From a virus (taxonomy: Duplodnaviria; Caudoviricetes): a stretch of DNA of 53,461 nucleotides. Made by a program: the position numbers and the translations under genes. Positions 20,286-29,322 of this stretch are shown here, piece after piece. The notes beneath the pieces are model-generated. The model had not been told where the DNA came from. It did no database searches and saw nothing but the letters and a program-made list of their open reading frames with translations. The stretch covers positions 1 to 53,461 of the IMG/VR virus record IMGVR_UViG_3300048599_000841. The stretch is one strand, 5' to 3'. How positions within the stretch are numbered: the stretch's first letter is position 1; every line of letters starts with the position of its first letter.

Positions 20286-20299
20286 TCTGTTCCTCCTGT

Positions 20300-21163
20300 T
20301 TATCGCCGCGTGGGCATGATTAAGCCCAGCCGCTTTTGCAGCTGGGCGACCGGGGTGCCGGGTTCTTCCGGCTGTTCGGTTGGGCTGGATGTCTCCGGCG
20401 TTTGAACCGCTTGGACGGACTCCGGCGGCGAACTGCCCGTGCCCACCGGCAAGGCTTGCGCCGTCCCGCCCCGCCCTTCGGGCCCTTTCTCCTGCTCTCC
20501 GGCAGGCGTTACAGAGGATGTATGTTCGTCGCCCTGTGTTGGGCGGGACGGCTGTTGTTTCCGGCGGTCCAGCCAAGCCTTCACCTTGGCTTCCGCCTCT
20601 GCGCGGTCCACGGCGCGCGGTTTTGCGGTGTTTTGAGGGCCGCTGCCCGCGGCATCCTCCACGATCCCGTCGATGAAGCCGTTTCCAAGTGCCGCCTTCG
20701 CATCCATCCACGCGGTGGCCGTCATCATGGCGGCGAGTTCCCCGCGTTCCATTTTGCATCGAGTGGCGTAGACGTTGAGGATGCTCTCCTTACAGGCGCG
20801 GAGCAGGCAAATCGCCTCGGCGAGATCCCGCTCATTCCCCAAGGCGATGACGCTGGGATCGTGGACCATGAGTAATGACCCGGGCGTCATCTCCAGCCGG
20901 TCGGCCGCCATGGCCAGTACGGTGGCGGCGGAGGCCGCCGTGCCCGAAATGGTGATGTGTACGTCGCCCGGATAGGCCCGGACATCGTCGAACATCCGCG
21001 TCGCGGCGTTACAGGAGCCGCCATAGCTGTTCAGCCGGATGTGCACGTCGTCGGCGAATTGGTTTTCGGCTCCGTACATCGCCTCGTGTAGGTTTTCCGG
21101 CGTAATCTCGTCGCCGAACCACACCTCCTCATCGATATAGCCGTTCAGGGTTAGCTCTCTCAA
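20300..21163 (-). CDS. Clp-type head maturation protease
   Basis: LNSYGG, AASAAT.LAMA and LMVHDP motifs; low-complexity C-terminal tail. Confidence 0.92.
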   Translation of the reverse strand: MRELTLNGYIDEEVWFGDEITPENLHEAMYGAENQFADDVHIRLNSYGGSCNAATRMFDDVRAYPGDVHITISGTAASAATVLAMAADRLEMTPGSLLMVHDPSVIALGNERDLAEAICLLRACKESILNVYATRCKMERGELAAMMTATAWMDAKAALGNGFIDGIVEDAAGSGPQNTAKPRAVDRAEAEAKVKAWLDRRKQQPSRPTQGDEHTSSVTPAGEQEKGPEGRGGTAQALPVGTGSSPPESVQAVQTPETSSPTEQPEEPGTPVAQLQKRLGLIMPTRR

Positions 21164-22401
21164 GGGTCATCCCTCCGTTTTTCTCTGGCGATTCCCGCCC
21201 GCGCCGCCGTGATGGGGATCATATTGCCGTTGACCATGTACTCGTTGCCCCCGTCCTCGTCGGACAGCGGGTTCATGTTTTCGAGCTCCCGGATGTCGTT
21301 GGCGGACAGCCAACCGTTTTGGCGCCCAATGGCGTATCCGTCCATCCGCTCCTTATAGCTGCCGCGCATCAGGCCGTCGATATTGAAGCGGACATAGAAG
21401 TCACCCTTTTCCCGTTCGAGGAAGAGCACCTTGTTCATGGCCTGCTCGATCCGGACCAGCCATGGGCGAATGGTGTGCATCGCAAAGCTGATGGACTGAT
21501 GCTCGATATTGCTGAAGGTCGCGTGTTCCAGATCGCCCACCAGATGGGGCGGCACGCGGTAGATCCGGCAGATTTCGGCCACCTGAAACTTCCGGCTCTC
21601 CAGAAACTGCGCATCGTTGTTGGGCATGGCGATCCGTTCGAATTTGAGGCCCTCCTCCAGGATGGCCACCTTGCCCGAATTGGCGGAGCCGCCGTAGGCC
21701 GCGTTCCAGCTCTCCCGAAGTGCGGCCGGGTTCTTGACGGTGTTCGGATGGGTCAGCACGCCCGCCGGCGTGGCGCCATTGGAAAAGAACCGGCTTCCAT
21801 ACTCTTCGGCAGCAATGCCCAGGCCAATGGCGTTCTTCTGAAGTGCCACGGGACTGTATCCCATGATTCCGTCAAACCCGAGGCCTGGGATATGCAATAC
21901 ATCCTCCGGCCGCAAGCGGGCGATACCTCCATCCCGGGTGGTGTATTCGTAGGTCAACACCCCGTAACTGTCCCGGTCCACCAGCATCTTGTCCGGCAGC
22001 AGCGGGTACAGGCCCAGGATCTGGCCGCGGCCGTTACGGATGATTTGACAGTAGGAATTACCCCACAGCAGAAGGTGGGAGAGCATGGTTTCTCGCAAAA
22101 TGAACGAGGTCATTTCCGCATTGGGCTCGTCGTGCAAAATCCGGTAGAGAGGATGATTAAATGCCTTCTCGCTGCCTTTGTCCGTGTACTGATACACATG
22201 GAGCGGCAGGCTGGCCACCGTTTCCGCGATCACCCGTACGCAGGCGTACACCGCCGTCATCTGCACCGCCGTTCGGGGATTGACCGGCTTTCCCGCCGCG
22301 CTGTTCCCGAAAAAGAACGCCAGAGCGGCGCTCACGCTGTTCCTCGGCCGCCCCCCTGGTTTATCCCGGGAGCGGAAGAGATGTGTAAAGGGGTTGTTCA
22401 C
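21160..22401 (-). CDS. Portal protein (HK97 family)
   Basis: AVYACVRVIAETVASLPL, LLLWGNSY, LHIPGLGFDG..GYSP, QFLESRKFQ and FSNIEHQS motifs. Confidence 0.96.
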   Translation of the reverse strand: MNNPFTHLFRSRDKPGGRPRNSVSAALAFFFGNSAAGKPVNPRTAVQMTAVYACVRVIAETVASLPLHVYQYTDKGSEKAFNHPLYRILHDEPNAEMTSFILRETMLSHLLLWGNSYCQIIRNGRGQILGLYPLLPDKMLVDRDSYGVLTYEYTTRDGGIARLRPEDVLHIPGLGFDGIMGYSPVALQKNAIGLGIAAEEYGSRFFSNGATPAGVLTHPNTVKNPAALRESWNAAYGGSANSGKVAILEEGLKFERIAMPNNDAQFLESRKFQVAEICRIYRVPPHLVGDLEHATFSNIEHQSISFAMHTIRPWLVRIEQAMNKVLFLEREKGDFYVRFNIDGLMRGSYKERMDGYAIGRQNGWLSANDIRELENMNPLSDEDGGNEYMVNGNMIPITAARAGIAREKRRDDP

Positions 22402-22515
22402 GCGGGAACCTCCTGTCGTCGCTATGAAAAGACATCTTTTTATGAAGCGCCTTCGATCTCCGGTCTCTTTTGTTTTCAGTCTATGCGGGGAATACTGCCC
22501 TCGAGGTGAGAAGGC

Positions 22516-22641
22516 ATGGATTACTTCAACTCGCTGTTCCTTGCGCTGGGCCTCAGGAGGCTACTCAGAAACAAGCACGGTTATAACGACGACGGGACAC
22601 TCAAAGAATCCGAAGAGGAAAAAGAGGACTTCCCGCCGTGA
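22516..22641 (+). CDS. 41-aa antisense micro-ORF (MDYFNSLFLALGLRRLLRNKHGYNDDGTLKESEEEKEDFPP)
   Basis: GAGGTG-AGAAGGC-ATG start, TGA at 22639-22641, followed by a + strand terminator; below the ORF-track size cutoff. Confidence 0.55.
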   Translation: MDYFNSLFLALGLRRLLRNKHGYNDDGTLKESEEEKEDFPP

Positions 22642-22665
22642 GAGGTGTTGGAACGATTGCCTATG

Positions 22666-22699
22666 CCGGGGCGGGTTATAACCCGCTACCGGTTTTTTT
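22666..22699 (+). terminator. Intrinsic terminator for the antisense micro-ORF
   Basis: CCGG-GGCGGGT-TATA-ACCCGCT-A-CCGG-TTTTTTT. Confidence 0.65.
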
Positions 22700-23002
22700 G
22701 TCATGGCAAGCCTTACAGAGCGTCTGCCAGTTGGCTTCGTCCCAGAACAGCTGTTCATCCCCGCGATGCGGGAGGATGTGATCGACCACTGTGGCGGGAG
22801 TCAGCCGGTTTTCGCGCAGGCACTCAGCGCAGAGAGGATGTTTTTTCAGGAAAAGCGACCGTGTCCTGCGCCAACGCCCGTCGTATCCGCGCCGTGTGGC
22901 GGTCTCACGGGCGTAGCGGCCTCGATGTTGTTCGCAATATGGTTCATCACTCAGATTGGGACATCCCGGATGGCGGCAGGGCCGCTTGGGTGCTCTGGGC
23001 AT
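22676..23002 (-). CDS. HNH endonuclease (terminase-associated, HK97 gp74-like)
   Basis: PCRHPGCP, RGY..RW, HPLCAEC, ATVVDHILPHRGD..LFWD..NWQ.LC..CHDKKT. Confidence 0.95.
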   Translation of the reverse strand: MPRAPKRPCRHPGCPNLSDEPYCEQHRGRYARETATRRGYDGRWRRTRSLFLKKHPLCAECLRENRLTPATVVDHILPHRGDEQLFWDEANWQTLCKACHDKKTGSGL

Positions 23003-23010
23003 CCTTCACC

Positions 23011-24567
23011 TCATATGAAAAGCAGCCCGCGCTCATCGTACACGCTGCCGTCCGATCCCTGATTCTTCATCGCCCGGTCCAGCGCCATCACCAGCGCCAC
23101 CGCGCCGTCCACCTTTTCGGTGGACTTTTCTTTGTCGATCTTGAGGTTTCCGGCAGGATCGGTGCGGACGTACGCGTTGTCCATGTTCCACCGGAGGATC
23201 GGGTGCCCGCCGTGGGCGAGCCTGCGCTCCAGAACGATACGCATCAGCTCCTTGGTGGGCGGGCTCATATCGCGGAACCCTTGGCCGAACGGCACCATGG
23301 TGAACCCATCGTCTTCCAACGTCTGCACCATCATGGTAGCGTTCCACCGGTCGTAGGCGATCTCACGGATGTTGTATCTCTCCCCAAGGCTCACAATGAA
23401 CTGCTCGATGAAGCCATAGTGGACAACGTTCCCTTCGGTGGTCATCAGGAAATTCTGTGCCTCCCACGTGTCGTACATCACGTGGTCGCGCCGGACGCGC
23501 AGCTCCACCGTCTCCTCCGGCAACCAGAAAAAGGGCAGCACATAGTACGGTTCCTCCTCTGATTCGGATGGGAACACCAGCACGATGGTGGTCAAGTCCG
23601 AGGTGGATGCGAGATCCAAACCGGCATAACAGACCCGCCCCTCCAGCGCCACCGCATCCACCAGGCCGCCGCATTCGTCCCACCGGTCCATGGGCATCCA
23701 GCGCACCGACTGCTTGACCCACTGGTTCAGGCGCAATTGCCGGAACATGTTCTCGTCGGCAGGCGTTTCCAGCGCCTTTTGGTAGGCGTCGCGTACCTTG
23801 TCAATGGTGATGGTGTGGTCAAGCGAGGGGTTGGCCTTGTACCAGTTCCGCTCATCCTGCCAGTCATCGCCGTCTGCCAAGCCATACACCACCGGATAGA
23901 AGCGCAGATCCCGCTTTCTTCCCTCGAGGATGTCCATGGCCTTCTGGTGAACCTCCCAGCAGATGCTGGCGCGATCCGTCCCCGCGGTGGTTAAAAAGAA
24001 AAACAGCGGCTGCTTGCGCGCGTCGCCGCTGCCCTGGGTCATGACGTCAAAGAGTTTTCGGGTGGGCTGGGTGTGCAACTCGTCGAAAATGCAGGCGCTG
24101 ACGTTCAGGCCGTGCTTGGTCGCCACCTCCGAGGAGAGCACCTGATAGATGCTCCCATTGGGCTGAAATATCATGCGCTTGGTGGACGGGATGATCTTGA
24201 TCCGCCGCATTAGCGCGGGGGATTGCTTGACCATGTCTACTGCTACGTCGAACACGATACCGGCCTGCTGCCGGTCCGAGGCGCAGGAATACACCTCCGC
24301 CTTCCATTCATCGTCGTTCACCAGCATGTTGAGCGCCAGCGCCGCGCCAAGCTCTGATTTCCCTTGTTTTTTGGGAATTTCGATGTACGCCTGCGTGTAC
24401 TGGCGCTTGCCCGGCTCCTCATCCCGCACCGTGCCGAACACGTCCGACACGATCTGCCGCTGCCAGGGGAGCAAGAGGAACGGCTTTCCGTGAAACTCCC
24501 CCTTGGTGTGCTTCAGACACTCGATGAAGTTCAGCACGCGATGGGCCTTTTGCTCGTCAAAGGTCAT
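23011..24567 (-). CDS. terL: Terminase large subunit
   Basis: Walker A IPKKQGKSE, Walker B IFDELH, TTAG, nuclease GLDLAST.D and EKVDGAVA. Confidence 0.96.
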   Translation of the reverse strand: MTFDEQKAHRVLNFIECLKHTKGEFHGKPFLLLPWQRQIVSDVFGTVRDEEPGKRQYTQAYIEIPKKQGKSELGAALALNMLVNDDEWKAEVYSCASDRQQAGIVFDVAVDMVKQSPALMRRIKIIPSTKRMIFQPNGSIYQVLSSEVATKHGLNVSACIFDELHTQPTRKLFDVMTQGSGDARKQPLFFFLTTAGTDRASICWEVHQKAMDILEGRKRDLRFYPVVYGLADGDDWQDERNWYKANPSLDHTITIDKVRDAYQKALETPADENMFRQLRLNQWVKQSVRWMPMDRWDECGGLVDAVALEGRVCYAGLDLASTSDLTTIVLVFPSESEEEPYYVLPFFWLPEETVELRVRRDHVMYDTWEAQNFLMTTEGNVVHYGFIEQFIVSLGERYNIREIAYDRWNATMMVQTLEDDGFTMVPFGQGFRDMSPPTKELMRIVLERRLAHGGHPILRWNMDNAYVRTDPAGNLKIDKEKSTEKVDGAVALVMALDRAMKNQGSDGSVYDERGLLFI

Positions 24568-24568
24568 G

Positions 24569-25048
24569 CTACCACCTGCCCTTGAGCAGCCGCTCCATGG
24601 GATCCTCGGCGGTTTCCTCCAAACCACTGCCTGCCGCGATGATCCGGGCGCGGGTGGCCGGAGTCAACCCAAACTCCGTGCAGAAGGACTGCATGATTTT
24701 GAGGTTCTGTTGTGCAATGGATACCTGCGGCACCTGCTGGACGTAGCCAGAGGGTGTCTTGAAGATGCTGCCGTGCTGGGTGATAAACTCCTCGGCCTCC
24801 TTCCAGCGCGCGAACGCCTGACAGTAACCGGCGAAGGCGGTCAGGTCCGCCATCGTCAGTACGCCCATGGCCTCGAGGGAAGGCGCCAGACGCTTCCACT
24901 CTTTCTTGGCTTCGGGCATGAGCCAAGTGGGGCACTTGATGTCGCCCTTGGGCGGGACAGGCTCGCGGTCATTGAGCTTTCGCTTGCCCGGATTCCCTTC
25001 CAATACCTTGAGCGCGGTGGGCTTGGGCTTTCTGCCTCGGGTCGCCAT
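24569..25048 (-). CDS. terS: Terminase small subunit (P27 family)
   Basis: RGRKPKPTALK.LEGNPGKR.LN and EFGLTPA.R.RI motifs. Confidence 0.95.
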   Translation of the reverse strand: MATRGRKPKPTALKVLEGNPGKRKLNDREPVPPKGDIKCPTWLMPEAKKEWKRLAPSLEAMGVLTMADLTAFAGYCQAFARWKEAEEFITQHGSIFKTPSGYVQQVPQVSIAQQNLKIMQSFCTEFGLTPATRARIIAAGSGLEETAEDPMERLLKGRW

Positions 25049-25081
25049 ACAGCGCACCTCCTTTCGTAGAAAATGGGCATG

Positions 25082-25109
25082 AAAATACCGCTGCGCACCA
25101 CGCAGCGGT
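25082..25109 (-). terminator. Terminator-like hairpin upstream of terS
   Basis: Minus strand ACCGCTGCG-TGGTG-CGCAGCGGT-ATTTT. Confidence 0.5.
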
Positions 25110-25134
25110 TGATGAAGATGGCTCTGAAAATCAG

Positions 25135-25863
25135 TTAATTTTCAGGAGAAACCGGCGCCTCTGTGAGATGTCGAGTGGAACCGTTGCCCGGGATCCCCTT
25201 TATCAGCAGTTTACGGGCTTCCTTGTACTCGTCGCCGATGAACCCCAACCGCAAAAGAAAACAGCGGAAAGCATACCTCGGATTATCTGTCTCGGTCTCC
25301 GTCAGCACCACGCGCCTTTGCCTCTTCGCCAACTTGATCAGCGCGGCGATCAGGAGGCCGCAAGCACTGGTCAGTTCGCTGGGCGCGGAGGCCGGCAGCC
25401 ACGGAAAACGTAGTACACCATCGCCTTCCTCGACGGGCAAAGCCTCGGCCTCCAGGGCCATGCGGATCAGACGGCTCTTGCCTTCGATCAACTTCTTGAG
25501 GTTGGAAACAGCCAGGTCGTCCATGCCGTTTTTCGGAAAGATCAGGGTGATGCCATCAACCTCCGGGAGGCTCATGCACGCCGTTAGCTCCTTCTCTTCC
25601 GGTGGAGTCTCCGGCTCGTTCCAGTCTCCCTCCAGTGGGATGAACCCTAGAGCCCGCAGCGTGTGCAACAGGAGGCCGAGCGCCTTCGGGTCCGCAAAAT
25701 CGTCCGTCTCTATGCTGCCATCCTTGTGGATCAGGAAGCCGCCGACCTCATAATCGAAGGACGGCGCACCCTTGTAACTGATTTGTCCGTTCGCCGCCTC
25801 CGAGATCGCCCTGACCAGCTCCTTGCGCCGCTCACCTGTCGCCCCTTCAAAGTGAATGATCAT
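25135..25863 (-). CDS. Phage 'virulence-related' protein with an amidoligase-like C-terminal motif
   Basis: RKELV.AISE, Y.GAPSF.YEVG and DNPRYAFRCFLLRLGFIGDEYK.ARK.L motifs; RBS AAGGAG. Confidence 0.75.
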   Translation of the reverse strand: MIIHFEGATGERRKELVRAISEAANGQISYKGAPSFDYEVGGFLIHKDGSIETDDFADPKALGLLLHTLRALGFIPLEGDWNEPETPPEEKELTACMSLPEVDGITLIFPKNGMDDLAVSNLKKLIEGKSRLIRMALEAEALPVEEGDGVLRFPWLPASAPSELTSACGLLIAALIKLAKRQRRVVLTETETDNPRYAFRCFLLRLGFIGDEYKEARKLLIKGIPGNGSTRHLTEAPVSPEN

Positions 25864-25890
25864 AGGAAACTCCTTTCCTTGTTGTGACCT

Positions 25891-25921
25891 ATACATCCCT
25901 CTTTCGGGGCGGAATAGCAAG
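25891..25921 (-). promoter_or_regulatory. Putative promoter (TTGCTA-N18-ATGTAT)
   Basis: CTTGCTATTCCG...GAGGGATGTAT; aligns without gaps to the motif at 27863-27893. Confidence 0.4.
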
Positions 25922-25971
25922 CAAAATCAGCCGGTTCATCTGTAGAAAATAGGGCAAGGATTCTGTGTGAT

Positions 25972-27231
25972 TTACACCCCGGCAGGTGAGGCTGCGATCG
26001 CTTCTTCATAGGACAGTACCTCGCCTCCGCGCAGCACCTTCACCCCAGTAGCCGCGCCGGACTGGTCGACGTACCGAAGCACAATGACCGAAGCGTACTT
26101 GGGGTCCAACTCCATCATATAACAGATGCGGTCCAACTGCTCGCAGGCGATGAGCGTACTGCCCGAACCGCCGAAGGGATCGAGCACAATGCCGTTGGGC
26201 GCGGAGCTGTTCCGGATCGGATATGCCAGAAGTGGAACCGGCTTCATCGTCGGGTGCTGGTCGCTGCGCTTGGGCTTGTCGAAGTTCCAGATGGTGGACT
26301 GCTTGCGGTCGGTGAACCATTTGTGTTTCCCGTTGGGGAGCCATCCGAACAGCACCGGCTCGTGCTGCCACTGGTAGGGGCTTCGACCCAGCACCAGCGA
26401 CTGCTTCACCCAGATGCACACGCCGCTGATGTGAAAGCCCGCGTCCTTGAACGCGCGCCGGAAGTTGAGCCCCTCTGTGTCCGCGTGGAAGACGTAGGCT
26501 GAGGCACCCTCGGCCATGTGCGCGGCCATGTTTCTGAAGGCGGCCAGCAGGAACTCATAGAACGCACCGTCCGCCATGCTGTCGTTCAAAATTGACTTGC
26601 CATCCGCGCTTTGGTATGCAACATTGTACGGGGGATCGGTCACAACGAGGTTCGCCTTGACGCCGTCCATGAGCAGCGAGACATGATCCACATCGGTTGC
26701 GTCGCCACAGACCATGCGATGCCTACCCAGTGTCCAGACGTCGCCCGATTGCACGAAGGAGGTTACGCTCTCCGCATCCAGGTCGCAGTCGTCGTCCTTG
26801 ACTTCCTTGTCGTGGATCTTCGAAAAAAGGTCGTCGATCTCCGTAGCGTCGAAGCCCGTCGCCCCCAGGTCATAGCCGTTCTTCTGCAGGTCGGTCAGGA
26901 GGTCCGCCAGCGCCACAGGCTCCCACTCGCCGACTGCCTTGTTGAGCGCGATGTTGAGCGCCTTCTCATCCGCTGCGTTCTCGATGTGCACCACGACGCA
27001 GTCGATCTCGGTGGCGCCTTCCGCCACCAGGACCTTGTACCGCTGGTGACCACCCACGATGTTGCCCGTCACCTCGTTCCAGATCACCGGATCGACATAT
27101 CCGAAGTCGTGAAGCGACCGTTTGATTATCTCATACGCCGGATCGCCGGGCTTCAGGTCCTTACGAGGATTGTATTTTGCGGGCTTCAGCTTCTCCACCG
27201 AAATTCGCTGAAGATTCATGCTTGTGTTCAC
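25972..27231 (-). CDS. ParB-N-fused N6A/N4C DNA methyltransferase
   Basis: ParB-like YNPRK...IVGGHQR; catalytic TDPPYN; HPTMKP; SAM-binding DPFGGSGSTL; GTG start after GGAGGTG. Confidence 0.93.
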   Translation of the reverse strand: MNTSMNLQRISVEKLKPAKYNPRKDLKPGDPAYEIIKRSLHDFGYVDPVIWNEVTGNIVGGHQRYKVLVAEGATEIDCVVVHIENAADEKALNIALNKAVGEWEPVALADLLTDLQKNGYDLGATGFDATEIDDLFSKIHDKEVKDDDCDLDAESVTSFVQSGDVWTLGRHRMVCGDATDVDHVSLLMDGVKANLVVTDPPYNVAYQSADGKSILNDSMADGAFYEFLLAAFRNMAAHMAEGASAYVFHADTEGLNFRRAFKDAGFHISGVCIWVKQSLVLGRSPYQWQHEPVLFGWLPNGKHKWFTDRKQSTIWNFDKPKRSDQHPTMKPVPLLAYPIRNSSAPNGIVLDPFGGSGSTLIACEQLDRICYMMELDPKYASVIVLRYVDQSGAATGVKVLRGGEVLSYEEAIAASPAGV

Positions 27232-27299
27232 GGCGCACCTCCACATTTTTTTCGATATTCGAAAGGCCGCCCATATTGAGCGGCCCGATTTTCGTTTTG

Positions 27300-27398
27300 G
27301 GGCGGAAACCCCACCCCCCGAATATCGCGAAAACTCACGCGAGAGGGGGCCGCGGTCTCCGGCGAGAGCTCCGCAGAGATTCGATCCCCCCTCCCCGG
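27300..27398 (-). other. Putative cos / packaging-initiation region
   Basis: Minus strand GGGGAGGGGGGATCGAATCTCTG...GAGACCGCGGCCCCCTCTCGCGTGAGTTTTCGCGATATT resembles, from recall, the non-coding motif upstream of packaging operons in P27-TerS/HNH siphoviruses; not verified. Confidence 0.5.
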
Positions 27399-27401
27399 CA
27401 C

Positions 27402-27677
27402 ACTTCTCCGAAGCGGAGCGCAAAAGTCCACCGCGCCGGTCGGACTTCTCCGAAGCGGAGCGTGAAAGCCCACCAGGCCTGTGGGACTTCTCCGAAGCGG
27501 AGTGCGAAAGTCCACCAGGCTCGTGGGACTTCTCCGAAGCGGAGCGCGAAAGTCCACCACGCCGGTCGGACTTCTCCGAAGCGGAGCGCGAAAGTCCACC
27601 ACGCCCGTGGGACTTCTCCGAAGCGGAGTGCGAAAGCCCAGCGCGCCGGTCGGACTTCTCCGAAGCGAAGCGCGAAA
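27402..27677. repeat. Tandem array of seven 42-bp units (last one partial) with internal palindromes
   Basis: Units start at 27402, 27444, 27486, 27528, 27570, 27612 and 27654; consensus ACTTCTCCGAAGCGGAGCGCGAAAGTCCACCACGCCGGTCGG. Confidence 0.95.
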
Positions 27678-27862
27678 CTGTGCGCGCGGGCGGGTGGACG
27701 GCGGCGCGGCGGGAGGCGCCTTTGCGGCGCGCGGGCGGGGCACACGGGCGTGGCGGCGGGCCGCGCGGGTGTTCCTTCCTACCACGCGCGTTCGCGCGTA
27801 CGGGCGGCGAGCGCGGCGTGTCGGCGTATCGCAAACGACGCAAAAACAACGGTGTTTGTTAT

Positions 27863-27893
27863 CTTGCTTTTCCGGCGGGGCGGAGCGATTAAT
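27863..27893 (+). promoter_or_regulatory. Putative promoter of the + strand accessory operon (TTGCTT-N18-ATTAAT)
   Basis: CTTGCTTTTCCG...GAGCGATTAAT about 90 nt upstream of the first RBS/ATG. Confidence 0.45.
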
Positions 27894-27980
27894 GGGTCGC
27901 GGGCCGGGGAAAGGCGAAGGTCGCCCCCCGCCCCCGCCGCCGCAGGCGGGAAAAACCGCCGGGCAAAAGGAGCCGATCCC

Positions 27981-28279
27981 ATGACCACCACCGAAAAAAC
28001 CGCCGTTTTGGCCGCCACGCTGCCGCACGGGAAGCCGGGCGCAAAGCCCGCGCCGCCGCAAAAGCCGCCGCGCAAACTCCGTTCCGCGCCACCAAAGCCG
28101 CCGCCGCACACGCCGCCTTCGAGGCCTTCCGCGCCGCCCAAGCCGCACAGGACGCCGCCCTCGGCCTGGACCCCGACGAGGCCTTGGAAGACGCCGAGGT
28201 TTGGGAAACCCATTGCCTCGCGATGGGCGCGGCGGAATTCGCCCGCGCGGCGGCGGACGCCGCCATGACCCGCGCCTGA
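27981..28279 (+). pseudogene. Ala-rich small protein, apparently frameshifted near its start
   Basis: RBS AAAGGAG and ATG 27981 give a Pro-rich product; the -1 frame gives a natural-looking AAREAGRKARAAAK...DPDEALEDAEVWETHC...AMTRA* ending at 28279. Confidence 0.55.
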
Positions 28280-28280
28280 C

Positions 28281-28343
28281 CCTGCCCGACGAGGCCTGGC
28301 GGCTCCGGGCCGAAACCGTCGCAAGGCGGTCGCGGGAGAGCCG
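28281..28343 (+). ncRNA. Type I hammerhead ribozyme A (variant core CCGACGA)
   Basis: Stem I CCUGC/GCGGG; core CCGACGA; stem II GGCCUGG-cggcu-CCGGGCC; GAAA; stem III ACCGUC-gcaa-GGCGGU; GUC site, predicted cut after 28331; loop II CGGCU complementary to AGCCG at 28339-28343. Confidence 0.8.
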
Positions 28344-28369
28344 CAACCCACGGAAGGGAGTGTGTCTCC

Positions 28370-29254
28370 ATGAAGGACCAGACCTTTGGCATCGAGATCG
28401 AGATGAACCACATCTCTCGCGCCAAGGCCGCCCAGATCATCGCCGCCCACTTCGGCACATCGATCGAGTACGTCGGCGGCACCTACGACACCCGGTGTGT
28501 GCCCGACGGGCAAGGCCGGAAGTGGAAGGTGGTCTCCGACGCCAGCATCGCCGGGCCCGCCGACGAACGCACCGAGTTTGTCAGCCCGGTGTGCCGGTGG
28601 GAGGACATCGAAACGGTTCAGGAGTTGGTGCGCAAGCTCCGCAAGGCGGGCGCGAAACCCGATCCCAGCTGCGGCATCCACGTCCACATCGGGCGCGGGC
28701 GGCACACTCCGAAAACCTTGCGGAACCTGGTCAACCTGGTCAACGCCAAGGAGGACCTGCTCACGATGGCTCTCCAAATCTCGCCCGAGCGCCGCGACCG
28801 GTGGTGCAAAAAGGTCGACTCCGACTTCCTCGACCGCCTGAACCGGCGCAAGCCGCAAACCGACGCCGCCTTCGCGCAAGCTTGGTACGACACCACCCAG
28901 TGGCAATTCCACGCACAGCAGCACTACGACCCAAGCCGGTACCACCTCTTGAACCTGCACAGCGTGTTTCAAAAGGGCACCATCGAGTTCCGCGCCTTCA
29001 ACGCGACGCTCCACGCGGGCGAGGTCAAGACCTACATCCAGCTTTGCATGGCGATTTCCCACCAAGCTTTGGAATCAAGTTCGGCCTCCACTCGCCCGCC
29101 GCTCACCGACAACCCGAAGTACACCTTCCGGTGCTGGCTACTGCGGCTGGGGTTCATCGGGGACGAGTTCGAGACCGCCCGTCAGCACTTGCTCAAGCAC
29201 CTGCCCGGCAACGCGGCATGGCGGCAGGCGGACTCCGCCAGGCAGGCCAGCTAA
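28370..29254 (+). CDS. Putative amidoligase (Amidoligase_2 family)
   Basis: TFGIEIE, W.VVSD.SI, EFVSP, SCGIHVHIG, RY..LNL and GTIEFR.FN.TL motifs. Confidence 0.92.
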   Translation: MKDQTFGIEIEMNHISRAKAAQIIAAHFGTSIEYVGGTYDTRCVPDGQGRKWKVVSDASIAGPADERTEFVSPVCRWEDIETVQELVRKLRKAGAKPDPSCGIHVHIGRGRHTPKTLRNLVNLVNAKEDLLTMALQISPERRDRWCKKVDSDFLDRLNRRKPQTDAAFAQAWYDTTQWQFHAQQHYDPSRYHLLNLHSVFQKGTIEFRAFNATLHAGEVKTYIQLCMAISHQALESSSASTRPPLTDNPKYTFRCWLLRLGFIGDEFETARQHLLKHLPGNAAWRQADSARQAS

Positions 29255-29322
29255 CATAGCGAGCAACTGACGGCAGCCCCCGCGAGACACACAGCTTCCA
29301 AATCAAGCGCGCCGCGCCGCGC

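Noticed and set aside
27402-27677. CRISPR array
   Set aside because: The variable parts are only about 12 nt and are similar to one another rather than unique spacers; there is no cas operon, and DUF2800 is a normal phage replication nuclease
27894-27965. Possible sixth ribozyme in the operon leader (contains GTCGCGGG)
   Set aside because: Has the 3' motif and GC-rich hairpins but no upstream core, stem II or GAAAC; could not be assigned to any ribozyme class
27177-28346. Long ORFs across the 42-bp repeats (27218..27892 +, 27177..28268 +, 27228..28346 -, and the 5' extension of the MTase)
   Set aside because: They stay open only because the GC-rich unit lacks stops and 42 is divisible by 3; no RBS support, and the MTase has a good RBS and GTG at 27231
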